64,000 nucleotides of DNA from an uncultured Methanosarcinaceae archaeon (GCA_963833425.1 CAWHXP010000015.1:32001-96000), one strand, 5' to 3'; positions 47,369 to 60,158 are shown, counted from the stretch's first letter. Notes: generated by a model not told the origin, from the sequence alone. Program-made: numbers and translations.

Positions 47369-47517
47369 TATTTATGCAAAGATAAACGGCTTTTTCTGCT
47401 GAAGCTAGAGTATTACTGACAATGAGCTCGGAGTTAATATGGCTTTCCAAGAACTTTAAACGCACTGAATTTGAAATGAAATTAAGAAAGAGGTTTAAAA
47501 CAGTGTAGATTTTTTAA

Positions 47518-48899
47518 TTAGGATACCTGGACGATTTGAATAGCAAAGGGACCTGCTGAAATTTCAGAATTGAAGGCAAGAATTGAAGAAAAAGGGGAAT
47601 CAAATAGAGGATAAAAATCGACATATTTAAACATCTCAGGGAAGATCACGCTTAAAGCATAAAGAGTAGAAACAATAATTATAATAAATACAATCAAAAA
47701 ACCCAATAAATTTTGCATTAAGGTATTCTTATATTTCCCCATCATCTCTTCATTGTTAAGCAGAAGTAGCAGAAAAACCAGAGTTTCAGGAAGAAGAATA
47801 ACAGTTATCACTTGCACGAAAAGAGTTATCAGCACCAACGGGGCCCCTGGAGTTATTACAACCAAGCCAGCGAAAATCAAGCTCAGGAAATAAAAAGCAT
47901 AGAACATAGGTGCTTCTGAAACCTTGTTGTTGATGGAATGAGCCCATCCAAAAACCTCACCCATAGCCCATGAACTTGCCAATGATATACACATAGCACC
48001 AAGAAGTCCGGCATCGAAGAGTCCTATGGCGAGAGCAGAACCAACGATTGGGGAACTGCTCATGATTGCAATTGCAGCTTGAGCAGCACTTTCTATATCT
48101 ACTCCACCGGGCTTGAAGAGCAACGTGCCTGTGAGAATTACACATGCTATTGCAACTACAACTGTAAAGAATGCACCAACTGCAGTATCGAATTTTCCAA
48201 AAGAAATATCTTTCTCAGTCATGCCCTTATCTACTACAGAGCTCTGCTGGAAGAATATCATCCAGGGGGCTATTATAGTTCCTATATTCGCCATGGAAAA
48301 GAAGAAAAAATCACCTGTGAACCCTGTGATCGGAATACTTGGAATCAAACCTTTGATGACATCGCTATAATTGGGGTGAATAAGCAGAATCGCAGGAATA
48401 TAGATTAGATTGAGTAAGCAGAAAAGGAGTACTATCTTTTCCCATGTCCAGTATCTCCCGTGAACGAATATGGTGACCATCAAGATGGAGACAGCTATTA
48501 TCGTCAATATAGGCGGTATACCAAATATCTTTAGAGCAGCTGTCATTCCTATAAACTCAGTTACCATCGTAAGAAAATACAAGGAGTCCAAGTCTATTAA
48601 CGAGAACCAGCCCCAAAAAGAGCCAAAAGCATCGAATATAGCCTCTGCATGTCCTCGTTTGGTGACTGCGCCTAATCTCACAGTCATTTCCTGAACATAT
48701 ATGCTACTGGACCACGTAGAATTAAGAGCCAGATTAAATTAAAGCCGAATTTGGCACCTGTTGCTGTATAGGTTGTGATACTACCTGCATCATTGTCTGC
48801 TACCATCACAATTATGCCTGGCCCAGCAATTACCAAATATAAACCCAGCCATTTTATTAATCGGCGACATTTGTAGTAATACCATGCACCTTCAATGAT
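47518..48899 (-). pseudogene. NRAMP/MntH divalent metal transporter, 5' region frameshifted
   Basis: GPGIIVMVADNDAGSITTY off-frame; QEMTVRLG; MANIGTIIAPWMIFFQQS. Confidence 0.85.
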
Positions 48900-49119
48900 T
48901 AATCAGCTCCTCAGTTTGATTTCCTACTGAATTAAATAAATTTCATTTGTTGCCCAGTTGAATAGAAAAACAGTAATATTAAGCACTTAATGGTCTAGAT
49001 CTCAATATGATAAGTACATGGGATTTGTTTATCTGGTAATTCGGAACAGTTGCTCAAAAAGCTTCGAGCCATAAGTTTTAACCTGTTTTTGCTATTTGAT
49101 TATCGGGAGTGGGATAAAG

Positions 49120-49400
49120 AAGGCTCAATATGTACAATTACATCAGAAATATCCTTACACTATTCCCTCAGCTTTTTGCTGACCTTGTAAAAGATAATAT
49201 GGGCATCTCTAAGAGACATCTAAGATACAACAAGTAGGTGCATATCGACCTTGATATCTCCCATGCTTCCACGTGTCCGAATTTTATGACAGTCGTTTAC
49301 GCCATCCATTCTGATAATTAATTTCCTTATTTCCTTCCTTATTTTTTCCTTAACATTCTTAGTTTAATCGTGTTTTTGCTGAAAAGAACATTGAGAATTT
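49120..49400 (-). pseudogene. Cation diffusion facilitator C-terminal relic
   Basis: GVNDCHKIRTRGSMGDIKVDMHL...DVIVHIEP with internal stops. Confidence 0.7.
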
Positions 49401-49745
49401 CGATAAACTCCTATGCATTTGAGCATTCAAGATTTTAAATCTCTTAACAATATAATTTCTATTTATGAAAACTCTTACTGATTTTGCTCTTAACAACAAT
49501 ATTGAAGCTCTAAAGAAGATGAATGCGGATCTGGAATTATATTCTGCAGATGGAAGCCATGATTCATTCATGATCCATTATTTTCATCTGAGACTCATTG
49601 GTTGCTGTCTTGAGATTTTTTAGGTGCACTTCGTGCAATTTAATAGCTTTCTCAAGCTAGAAAAGAGCGCTTTCAACATTAATTTTGGGTAGTTCCATAT
49701 GTGAAGAATAAGGTTTCTAGAAAATTCTTAGTGGAAGCTGTAACA

Positions 49746-50216
49746 TTAATAATAAATTGCTATTAACACCATCAAAGTGGATAGGGTCACGTATAAAGCT
49801 CCAGGTATAAAATGAGCCCAAAAATCTGGATGAAGGAAGCGTGCTTTTTGTATCGTTTCTTCATCTGCGAAAAAAGATTCTGGATACCTGTGCAAAAAAG
49901 CTTCATATATTCTGAAATAACCAAACTCAAAAAATGAACCTAGGCCTATTAAAGTAACATTTAAAATACCTCTTATAGTCATATCGAATCGAACATCAAT
50001 TAATCCAAGAAGAGCAAATAAAATTGCAAACTGGAATAGTGGTACTATGAATAAAATAATCCATGCCATTAATAAACGATTAATATTATGAGACTTTCCT
50101 TTCCAGGCATTATAAGTGTCCCAAGGTTTATACATTTCATGAGAGCGGTCTATTATCAGAGAGAAATAAATTGCAAAGAATAATGAAAACAGCTCTTGTG
50201 CTTCAGTGAAAGGCAT
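49746..50216 (-). CDS. Hypothetical membrane protein
   Basis: 156 aa with about four hydrophobic segments. Confidence 0.7.
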   Translation of the reverse strand: MPFTEAQELFSLFFAIYFSLIIDRSHEMYKPWDTYNAWKGKSHNINRLLMAWIILFIVPLFQFAILFALLGLIDVRFDMTIRGILNVTLIGLGSFFEFGYFRIYEAFLHRYPESFFADEETIQKARFLHPDFWAHFIPGALYVTLSTLMVLIAIYY

Positions 50217-50313
50217 TTTCTACCAAATTTTTAATCTATTCAGGCTCAAAGCATCGATAAAGGAATAAAAGGGGATAGAATAATAAAGGGTATTTATTGC
50301 GTGTAACCATAAA

Positions 50314-50991
50314 TTAAACTTTCTTCTCTGGAGGGACCATCTGTCCATTGCTATAGGCCGTCGCTGTATCCAGCAAGTGGCCCCAACTAGGCAGATGCTC
50401 TCTAAATACCATAGCATAAGGCCATCCTTTTGCTTCATCTATGCGCCAATCAGCTTGAAGTTCAGCACCAATTGACCACCAGTTACGCACCTTCACACCC
50501 GCCGGAGCAAGAGTTGCTATGGTAGCCTCACGTTCAAGAACACTCACTGCTCCACTCGCATCTATGACAGCATGGATGTCAAACCCCTCAAGAACCGCAT
50601 CTAATGAAGGAAACTGCAAGCATGTTGAATCACTGATCCCGGCGATTATGAGCTTCCCTCGTCCAATACTATCAACTGCTTTCCTAAATGCTGGCCAGCG
50701 CCAGGCATTGATAACACCAGGACGACGAATGACCTCTACATCTGGGAACAGAGTCTTCAATTCAGGAAGAATAGTGCCGTTTGGTCCCCAGTCTACACTG
50801 GTGGTTAGGATTACGGGAAGACCAAAAATTTTTGCTGTTTTGGCCAGACCCACTACATTATTTTTGAACTCCTCTGGAGTCATATCTCGTACCAACTGCA
50901 TGAGGCCTACTTGGTGATCTATCAGCAATAGCGCTGCATTTTCCGGCGTGAGAGTATCACGAGGCCCTACATTCTCTTCATACTTGTTCAT
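50314..50991 (-). CDS. Isochorismatase/YcaC family hydrolase
   Basis: LLLIDHQ, PVILTT, INAW, AGISDSTC, DASG. Confidence 0.9.
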   Translation of the reverse strand: MNKYEENVGPRDTLTPENAALLLIDHQVGLMQLVRDMTPEEFKNNVVGLAKTAKIFGLPVILTTSVDWGPNGTILPELKTLFPDVEVIRRPGVINAWRWPAFRKAVDSIGRGKLIIAGISDSTCLQFPSLDAVLEGFDIHAVIDASGAVSVLEREATIATLAPAGVKVRNWWSIGAELQADWRIDEAKGWPYAMVFREHLPSWGHLLDTATAYSNGQMVPPEKKV

Positions 50992-51371
50992 TTTTTACCT
51001 CTTTGCTATTTGTTGTATTTCCAAATCAGTTATGCAATTCTAATTGATTCGGGCAATAGCCACTGAAATTATATTATTAAAGTCCGATCATTGCACCGTA
51101 ATTTGAATAAACTTCTTTGACCAACTCGCCTGCTTTAGGATTGTTCCAATCATGCATCCACATAAATATGCGGAAAGTGGGGTGTTGCTATAATAAACAC
51201 CAGCGATACTTAAGTACAATCGATATTGGGTAATTGTCGAAAGACCATTTGAGGAGATATTTTGATGGTATTAAGATGGATTGCCAGCGCAATTACTGCA
51301 AACCTATGCCAACAGAGATAAAATGCAAATCTAAACTCCTTTTGCACTCGCATCCATTTTTTCAATCTTTT

Positions 51372-52078
51372 TCATCTCTTCACATGACTGCCATCACAGA
51401 ATGGTTTGTTCTGTGATTCCCCACATCCACAGATAGTGACCCGATTCCTAATCTCGTACTGTTTGCCGTCTGCGGATTCTATCGGGATGCCACCGCGTAT
51501 CCAGAAAGGACTGTGCTGGGGGGAGGGTACTCAACGAAGACAATGGACTTCTCAAGTTCAGGCTCAATCGCCTTCCCGGTGACGTTGTCAAGGATTACCA
51601 ACCTACCTGAAGGGCAATTGCATGCTTCCTCAATGGCAGTGTCCCAAGCCTCTGGATTTTCGGATTGTCGAACAAGGTTCCAGATGCTCCCTTCCCGCAT
51701 GCAGAATCCAGTGTGGACACAGAGGTGTTTATTGTCAGTCAGAGTCAGCATAGAGCCAGGGATAACTTTAGCACTTTCTATATAAGGCTCATAGTCCCCA
51801 GCCTCGGTTCCATCAAAGTGAATCTTTGCATGTGTCCCATCACAGAAAACTTTGTTATCTGAGTGACCACAACGGCATAGAGCATACTGTTCCTGCACGG
51901 GGTATCTTTTGACTTCACGCCAACTTCGGCGGTAGCCTTCTTCATCGTTGCGAATCTCCGAGGTAATAAGGGGAACTCCACCGATTACGATATATGGACC
52001 ATTCTTAATCACAGTGATCTTCATGGAGTTGTCCGATACATTTGATTTTGTTTTCATATTTTCCGGCATGATCATCAT
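51372..52078 (-). pseudogene. CDGSH iron-sulfur domain protein, frameshift in C-run near 51520
   Basis: LCRCGHSDNKVFCDGTH, CPSGRL; off-frame [16 protein letters not shown]. Confidence 0.88.
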
Positions 52079-52297
52079 CTTTCAGCTTCTCTATGTCCCA
52101 ATTTCTCAAAGTTTTTTATGGCAGAACCACCAATCTTAGCAGGTAATATCTCCGCCGTTTTACACGTGTCTTGGCAGTCTTCTCGTCCGATGGTAGGGGT
52201 ATCATTACCTCGTCTTTTATCTTGCTCTATCATGAGCAGAAGCCCCTATTTTAAGCCAGTGTTTTCAGTCTTCTAGATCTTATGGTCTCATATTAAA

Positions 52298-52903
52298 TCA
52301 GGAAGTTTCTGCTATGCACTGACTATTTGCCCGTAGATTGGTGTTTACCCGACCGGGAGCAACAGCATTGGTGCGGATATTTCTGCGCATATAGTTGAAA
52401 GCGACATTCTTCGTCAGCCCAATGATCCCGTACTTTGAGGCTACATAAACGGCTCCGCCACCGCGTGCGGCAAACATTTCAGCAATATACGCCATGTTAA
52501 CGATGACCCTGCAGCCTTGCTTTTCTAACATCGGAAGAGCTTTTCGGATGGTCTGCATCGGCGCGGTCAGGTTGATGTCGATCACTTTGTTCCAGAGCTC
52601 ATCACTCACATACCCTGCCGGCAACAGCATGTCAAAAATGCCGGCGTTGTTGACCAGGATATCCAAACTGCGAAACTGCCTTATCGACAATCCTTTGCAC
52701 ATCATTTTCTTTTGTGACATCCGCTTGAACTGCAATGGCCATGCCATGCTCTGAGGTTATTTCGCATACAGTAGCCTGAACGCCGTCTTCGTCCAGATCA
52801 ACATCTACAACTTTTGCTCCTTCTTTTGCATACAGTTTGGCAATGGCTTTGCCGTTTCCAGAAGCGGCACCTGTTACCAAAGCAACTTTACTTTAAGTCT
52901 CAT
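52298..52903 (-). pseudogene. SDR oxidoreductase, frameshifted and truncated
   Basis: VTGAASGNG / LVNNAG / YVASK split across two ORFs. Confidence 0.85.
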
Positions 52904-53077
52904 AATTAGGATACCCCTTCTTTAGGCAGCATGAAATAATAAACATCCGCACCCTATAAGGGTACGGCTTTGATCAGCTCCCCCAAAGGAGGCAGGGCAG
53001 CACAGGTTGTGCTACAATTATGTTTTTTCATAACAGTTCGGCACTGTCACACATTTGGGAATTTGCAAAAAAAGACT

Positions 53078-53250
53078 CAGGTTACCCCAATTTCATTGAT
53101 TTTTCCATCAACACAGCACTGACCGATAACCAGTCCTGCTTCATGAGCATAGTTAGAAGGAACGTGCAGAGCTTTCTCATGTCTGTCGTCCGTCGTTCCC
53201 CACGCATCGTTTTGCCATCAATGACAACAACTTCTTTTACGATTCCGATA
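53078..53250 (-). mobile_element. ISAs1-family transposase fragment
   Basis: VVVIDGKTMRG...ALHV...GLVIGQCCVDGKINEI. Confidence 0.75.
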
Positions 53251-53304
53251 GGGCTCTATCAACCCGAAGTGCTTAAGCCCTCTCTAGGTTAGCGTTGTCA
53301 AATC

Positions 53305-53949
53305 TTAGTGTCCGCCACCAATGGCCTTTAAGTAGGCAATGCCAATCCCATAGGCACCCCCCAGTTTCGTTACAAGGCCAGTAACGGCTTCGTAGGTACC
53401 AACGCGCGCCCAATCTCGCTGTAACTCAAGCAAATATTGCATCGACGTCATCGGCCTTATGCCGCATTGAATCATACGTTCCATAGCCACCTCATGCGTT
53501 TCATCCGTGATATCTCCGCAAGCATCGGCTATTACATACACTTCAAAACCTTGATCGATTGCCGAAAGTGCGGGACCGGCAACGCAAACTGAGGTCCAAA
53601 GTCCAGACATAACTATTTTGTCTTTCCCATATTTATTGATGCGGTCCGTGATGCGACTATCCTCCCACGCGTTTACCGTCGTTCGATCAATGACCTCGAC
53701 ATCGGGATAAACCCCTTTAATCTCATCAAACATGGGACCAGAGAACGATTTCTCGGCCACAGTCGTGAGAACGGTGGGGATTTTAAATATAGCGGAGGCA
53801 TGCGCCACAAGAGCGGTATTATTGCGAAGCATTACTGGATCAATAGACTTCACCGCAAAAGCCATTTGCGATTGATGATCAATCATCATTAGCACGTGAT
53901 TAGCGGGTGACAGCAGAGTGTTACCGGGTGCAGGGGTTGCCTTAATCAT
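53305..53949 (-). CDS. Isochorismatase/YcaC family hydrolase
   Basis: MIDHQSQM, VNAWED, GLWTSVC, DACGD, ELQRDWAR. Confidence 0.92.
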   Translation of the reverse strand: MIKATPAPGNTLLSPANHVLMMIDHQSQMAFAVKSIDPVMLRNNTALVAHASAIFKIPTVLTTVAEKSFSGPMFDEIKGVYPDVEVIDRTTVNAWEDSRITDRINKYGKDKIVMSGLWTSVCVAGPALSAIDQGFEVYVIADACGDITDETHEVAMERMIQCGIRPMTSMQYLLELQRDWARVGTYEAVTGLVTKLGGAYGIGIAYLKAIGGGH

Positions 53950-54169
53950 GAGAACACCCTCTCAAACTTCTTTCATCAATCATTTTTTCCGCATTCTCTT
54001 CTGCTCTTTTGATTTCAGATAAGATTTCATTTTTAGTCATATGAATCTCCATCTCTCAAAATTTAATATATAAATTAATAATTAATAGCCAATAGGGGAT
54101 TTCAACAAACCCAAATTTTTGGTTAATTACTTATATAAATGAATGTGAACAATTGTAGACTGTACCATT

Positions 54170-54440
54170 TGGATGCATCTCACGAGCCATATACTGGACA
54201 GGATAAAAGGAACAGTTGGGACTGGCAGTTGGAATACCATGATGCTATGATTGAGCACGATCATCCAGGTAGGCATTGATACTGAATTTGCTGGACGAAC
54301 TTTGACATTGCAGGAGACACCATCGTCATCTACAGCACAGATTACGGCCCACACATGAGCTCCTCGCCTGATGAAGTATGACTCCATTCCGCAACGAAAA
54401 GAATTCATGTTGGGAAGGAGCTTTTCGCAATCCTGAGGTA
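54170..54440 (+). pseudogene. Second arylsulfatase fragment, inverted relative to 42535-42757
   Basis: ggaataccatgatgctatgattgagcacgatca and attccgcaacgaaaagaattcatgttgggaaggagcttt shared. Confidence 0.9.
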
Positions 54441-54514
54441 TTGCCTGCCAAGATTTTCTAAAAAAATTTAGATCTATGAGCAGGAAGCCCTCTCATTTAG
54501 GATATGGGAAAAAG

Positions 54515-55055
54515 TCATAGCGATTCCTGACAGACCGGGACAAATACTATTTTCTCTTTACCCTGAACTTCTTCTTGAGTTGGTGCTTCCCCTTCGATTT
54601 TTTCCTTTCCGGTTTCTTTTCCAGAAACATCCGTTGCTTCTCTTGGGTATATAGTTCGTGAGTTTATCTGCCAGAATAATTGATAAAGTCGGTATGACTT
54701 TTGAAACAGTGATTTTGCCTCTTCTATTTTACCTTCTTCAAGCAGTTTTGTTCCAGTTTCCATTAAATCTCATGGAGGCCGAAAGCAAGTGTTTGCTGAT
54801 GCACCAAACCTCACCTTCGTATTCCTTGATGATTTTCTTGAGGAGTTCTATTCTCATTTTCCTAACTTCTTGCAATAGATCAAAATATTCATCTTTATCG
54901 GTCTCTTCAGCCGTAAAGAACAAATGCCCTTCTAAGGCGATGAGATTCATTATACCGATGCTCAAATCCGCATCGGTTGATAAATCCATTTCCCTTTTCT
55001 TCGTTACCTTTTCTACTTTATCGACTAATTCATTTACATCTGACTCTGTAACCAT
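54515..55055 (-). pseudogene. Hypothetical protein, frameshifted near 54760
   Basis: DLSIGIMNLIALEGH...WCISKHLL continues in the second ORF METGTKLL. Confidence 0.7.
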
Positions 55056-55704
55056 TAAGTTCGCTCTCCGTTAACTACTGAAAGCCCAGAGGCATTGAAT
55101 AAGTTCATGTAGTCCCAATACAATCTCTCCGAATATACTACGCTCCCACAAATATACCCATTCGAAGAAGGATTAGCGACCTTCAGGAGAATTATTTGTT
55201 GTGTCTGACCCAGTTTACTCTATAACTCTTGATAATATCATAATTAATTTATATTAAATTAATTCTGGAAAAAGTTAGTTTAAAGCAAAAAATAGTTTGA
55301 CGTAAAAAATTTCAAATCTATCAAAAACTTTAACCATTAATTTAAAGCATCATTTGCATTAAGTTAAATTACCCTTATATCAAAACCCTTCTTTTTGCTT
55401 CAGCTAACAATTTGTGAAGAGACATTAACATTAGTTTGAAATCAGTATTTACTTAGGACTATTAAGAATATTTTTATAGTCCATCCGAAAGTCTGAACAG
55501 TTTTAAGGCTGATATCAACAAATTTAATATACTCATTTGATTTCGATATACGGTGCTCCTTCGTTTTTTGTGGGGACAAAAAAATAAAAAGCAATTTTCG
55601 AATCTAAATTTTATAAATTTTTGGGATAAAAATGTAATTTAGAGAATTTATACAAGCCGATATTTTAGCTAGCTAGCTAAAACAATAATTAAACGAGGGT
55701 TAAA

Positions 55705-56472
55705 ATGAAAAATCCATTTGATTTAACAGGAAAACTTGCTCTTGTAACAGGTGGCTCATCAGGTCTTGGAGTAGAGTTTGCCAAAGCTTTGGCAAATCAA
55801 GGTGCAAATATTGCTTTAATTGCACGTCGTGAAGAAAAATTAAAGGAAGTACAGAAGGAAATTGAAGAACTTGGCGTAACTTGCCACTATTACGTGTGTG
55901 ATGTAATGCAAACAGAACAAATTGAGAATGCTGTGGAGCAAGTCGAAAAAGACTTCGGCAGAATTGATATTCTTGTAAATAATGCTGGTCTTGGACTTTT
56001 TGACAATGCAGACAAAACAACTGATGAAATGTGGCGCAAAATGATTGATACTAATCTGAATGCTGTTTATTTCTTTGCCCGCGAAGTTGGGAAAGTAATG
56101 TTGAAGCAAAAATATGGAAGAATTATTAATGTTGGATCAATTCACTCTACAGTGGCAATGAACGGATTGCCACTTACAGCTTATTGCTCAACAAAAGGTG
56201 GAGTTTTAATGCTCACCAAGGCTCTGGCAAATGAATGGGCAAAACACGGCATTACTGTTAATGCAATTGGACCTGGTTATTTTGATCTTGGAATGGCAGA
56301 AAGACTTGTAGCTGATCCGAAATTTGCAAAAACTGTTGAATTTATGTGTCCGATTGGACGTGCAGGAATGTCTGGAGAGTTGGATACAACATTTCTTTAC
56401 TTTGCATCCGATGCATCAACATATACTACAGGTCAAATAATTATAGTTGATGGCGGCTGGACAACAATTTAA
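55705..56472 (+). CDS. SDR oxidoreductase (gluconate 5-dehydrogenase-like)
   Basis: TGGSSGLG, VNNAG, YCSTK, IGPG, VDGG. Confidence 0.92.
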   Translation: MKNPFDLTGKLALVTGGSSGLGVEFAKALANQGANIALIARREEKLKEVQKEIEELGVTCHYYVCDVMQTEQIENAVEQVEKDFGRIDILVNNAGLGLFDNADKTTDEMWRKMIDTNLNAVYFFAREVGKVMLKQKYGRIINVGSIHSTVAMNGLPLTAYCSTKGGVLMLTKALANEWAKHGITVNAIGPGYFDLGMAERLVADPKFAKTVEFMCPIGRAGMSGELDTTFLYFASDASTYTTGQIIIVDGGWTTI

Positions 56473-56787
56473 GGCAAAAGGCATCTATTTTCTAGTTTTG
56501 GCAGTGTGTTGAATTTTCCATACAATAACTTCTTGAAATTTGTGATTTTACGGACAAATTATCACACTGTCAAATTATTAAATACATTCTCTAAGGCCAT
56601 CTTCATCTTTGGGGATAATAACAACATAATCAATATTAAATAATTGTTTTCTCCATCTCACAAAAACTTGTCTACCCAATACAATTGCAATAGGAAGTGT
56701 CAAAATGGAAGTAACTAGGAACACTAAATCTGTAAGTGCCTTATAGTCATAAAATTTTAATTTTGAAAAAAATATCAGTGATCGGTA

Positions 56788-57335
56788 TCATTGTATTTTT
56801 ACTTCTATTTTCCCTTCAGTCTTACACGCATCAAGCTCACAGGGACATGCAGAAATAGCAACTGTGCAATTTTTAAGGACATAGAAACTTACTGAATCTC
56901 CACATTTTACTCTTGAAGTCCTAGTCTTAAACTCATAATTATTGCTATCCAGCTCGAAATCCATAAACAGGTTTATTGTACTGGGGAGAGTTATAGTTGG
57001 AATTCCCAGAGCAAATGCTAGGAGATCTCTACATCCGGATTTATCTTTTCCATATTTTTCAACATATAGTTTTTTTCGGCATCCTGGATATATAATGTTT
57101 GTGTCTGCTTCGGAATCTATTGACAGCACTTGAAGAACCCTTTCTTCATTTGAATCAAACAATTCATCTCCATATTTTAGAACCAATCTACGTAACCTAT
57201 CGAGGGTTATACCTGATTATAATCAAGAAAAACTAGGTCAGCTAACTGCTCTCCATTTATACAAGAAATTATAATTTTTTGCCCTTTGGACACTACAATC
57301 CCTTTAGCTTCTCCTTTATTAAGAATAAATTCCAG
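56788..57335 (-). pseudogene. DUF1989 / urea carboxylase-associated family protein, frameshifted near 57210
   Basis: GEQLADLVF off-frame; PGCR, GCRDLL, INLFM, ISACP. Confidence 0.7.
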
Positions 57336-57976
57336 TTTTTCAACCCCTTGTTTTTTTTAGATAGCACTTCCAAGAATTATTAATTAATCCTATAAATTAT
57401 GGGAAAAATAAGATAAAGAGATCTTCAATCAATGAAAATTATCATTTAGATTAATATTCGAGATCTAATCCCTTTGAAAATTCCCAAATTCTGTGTTCGG
57501 TCTTAAAAATCAACTTCTTTCAACGATCTTAATTTTGAATTAATTTTAATAAGTTGTTATAATCTCTTGATAATTTTTGTACCATGTTAATCAGGATTAG
57601 GTATTTAAGTAGAACATTTATCCGCTTGTATTCGATTAAGGAAATCTATTAACGTCAAAATGATTACTGCAATAATTCACCCATTTGACTTACATTTATA
57701 GGTTTACAGAAAAAAGAAACAAATCGAATACATCTTATACGGATTTTCAGTAATTATCTTCGTTTTGTTCATACTTAACTCTTACTATGTGCTTAAAATT
57801 TAAAAACATGTCTAATTAGTATTATTTTATTCAGTTATCCTAAATCAGTTTAGTGATGAAGATGATTTTATAGAACTCATCTATATTTTTACCATGAAAT
57901 ACGGATACATAGTTTTTATATGGCATTTAATAAAAAGTCTCTTTTTGAGACACTAAAAACAGAATTGGTATATCTA

Positions 57977-58603
57977 TTAAACTAATTCAAGGTATTGCAA
58001 AATAAGATGCACACTATTATCTACTCCTGTTTTACTTGTATCTATTGAAAGGTCATACTGCCTTGCATCAGTCCATTCCTTTCCAGTAAGCTTATAGTGA
58101 TAACGAGATCTCTCACTATCGCTTTCAGCAATCCTTTTACTGGAAACTTCCTGCGAAACATTATATAACTTTTCAATACGTCCCTTACGGAATTCAATAT
58201 CCGCATGTAAAAATATGCTGGTATGATTCGGACAGGCATGCAATATATAAGAGCCACATCTTCCGATAATTACCGCTGAACGATCATTAGCAATGCGCTT
58301 TATTATTTCTGCTTCAGTCTCAAAAAGCTCCCTGTCTGTTGGAACAAAAATGTGTGGTGGTATATACACATCGGGGCCAATATATCCTTTTGATTGAAAA
58401 AAGGATTCCCAAAAAGACAGTATTCTTTCATCATGTGGTTCCAACTCATCTTCTAATAATGAGAGCTTTTTAGCAGCCAATCTAATGATTTCGTGATCCA
58501 AATAAGAAATATTCAATTTTTTTGCCAGTTGCTGCCCTATATACGCTCCCCCACTTCCTAACTGGCGGCTAATTGTAATTATAATTTGTGAATTATCTTT
58601 CAT
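57977..58603 (-). CDS. Cytidylate kinase-like family protein
   Basis: ITISRQLGSGG, VIIGRCG, YDLSIDT. Confidence 0.88.
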   Translation of the reverse strand: MKDNSQIIITISRQLGSGGAYIGQQLAKKLNISYLDHEIIRLAAKKLSLLEDELEPHDERILSFWESFFQSKGYIGPDVYIPPHIFVPTDRELFETEAEIIKRIANDRSAVIIGRCGSYILHACPNHTSIFLHADIEFRKGRIEKLYNVSQEVSSKRIAESDSERSRYHYKLTGKEWTDARQYDLSIDTSKTGVDNSVHLILQYLELV

Positions 58604-58939
58604 TCAAGTATCCCTTTTACTATATTCTTTAATAAAATGAAAATTTTATATATTTAAAACATACATTATACAAAAAACTTAACTTTGAAGTTACAGCAAA
58701 GTCGTAACACTGCTCTATTTCTTACTTCTCGGTTTTATTTAAAAATATATAGTCATTATTTTAGTGGATTTCCACCAGGATTCGTATACAGTTTTTTTGT
58801 GTCTAAACATATGCACAAAATATAAACAAAAGGCATATCAAATTAAGAACAAAAATTGCCTTTAATAGATTATATTCAATTTTATATATTTTGATAAAAT
58901 ATTTACATATCTGGAATTAAAGAAATCATCATCTTTTCT

Positions 58940-59386
58940 ATGGAAAGGAGTCAAATGAGAGCTAATTATAATATATTTATGGTAGATCAGCTTAAAATAT
59001 TTAAAATGATAATTAATTTCATTACTATTATCATTCTTTATGTATTGCTATTGGCACTAATTGTGGGAGTGGCAAATATCCTCTTTAATATCAAATCAAT
59101 TATATTTGGGACTTTTGGGGGGGGCTTTAGTCATATAGTATCCGATGTCCTCACAGTTTTTGTTCTTATCGACCTTTTCAGGACTTTTGTTGATTATCGT
59201 GTACATGAAGAAGTTAGAATTACATATGTAACTAATGTTACAATTTTAATAGTCCTGCGTGAAATTGCGACAGGATTATATGCCCAAAGATATGATTCTC
59301 AATTTATTTTAGGCCTATCAGCATTGCTGTTGATATTAGGTATAATGAGAGTTCTAACTATCAAATATCCCTCAACGCCCACGTAA
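58940..59386 (+). CDS. PsiE family membrane protein
   Basis: DVLTVFVLIDLF...ILIVLREI, four hydrophobic segments. Confidence 0.75.
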   Translation: MERSQMRANYNIFMVDQLKIFKMIINFITIIILYVLLLALIVGVANILFNIKSIIFGTFGGGFSHIVSDVLTVFVLIDLFRTFVDYRVHEEVRITYVTNVTILIVLREIATGLYAQRYDSQFILGLSALLLILGIMRVLTIKYPSTPT

Positions 59387-59759
59387 ATCACTTTAGTGAA
59401 TCTAATATCTATTTTTTGATGGCTAGTATTCATTTTCATTAAGTATAGTGATATATACTTAGGATTTATCCATTTGGAGTAAAAAATCAAGTAAATTAAA
59501 AGTTTTTATCCAGTTATGCATTTTAGCTAATTAAAGCTAAATTCTAATGATTTCTCAGTTAAACTGCATAAGTTCTTTTTTATTCGTTTCGTAAAGCTAG
59601 GCGGACAATTTTGTTATCCTGACGTAACTCGACTTGAGCACGCTTTGAGATGTATACATAAATATGATGATTTCAAACCTGAACATCCGGTTATAAACGT
59701 GTAAAGAATCCTTTTAAAATTAAGAGTCTCAACTCTAAACAAGGATCAAACACGACACA

Positions 59760-60158
59760 TCATCTATGTACTTTCAGCCCATCTCCATGGTCGAAATTTA
59801 AAGTGGGATATTCTTCATAACAATTGTCACATAATACAGTTACAGTAGGGCTTTTACCCTTTTGTCGGATCGTTTTTATCATTCCACATTTTTCTAACTC
59901 ATCCAATGCTTTCGGAAACGTCCAACCTGGAACAGGTAGAAATGAGTTTATACCCTTCAGGGTGACTACTAAGTCTTTAGTAGATTTCTTCACCCCTTTT
60001 AAATGCCAAATATACATAGCCACCCTGTATGTATGCCCCAATGAATTGGAAGGTAACTTTACAACCCATTCTGAAGGCATTTGAGCTATAAAAGATCCTT
60101 TTATTTTATCTTTAGGATTCACCGGCATTATCTTACTCCCATTTAATATTATTATCAA
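59760..60158 (-). CDS. Small basic hypothetical protein, probable winged-helix DNA binder
   Basis: FPKALDELEKCGMIKTIRQKGKSPTV resembles a wHTH recognition helix plus wing. Confidence 0.6.
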   Translation of the reverse strand: MIIILNGSKIMPVNPKDKIKGSFIAQMPSEWVVKLPSNSLGHTYRVAMYIWHLKGVKKSTKDLVVTLKGINSFLPVPGWTFPKALDELEKCGMIKTIRQKGKSPTVTVLCDNCYEEYPTLNFDHGDGLKVHR

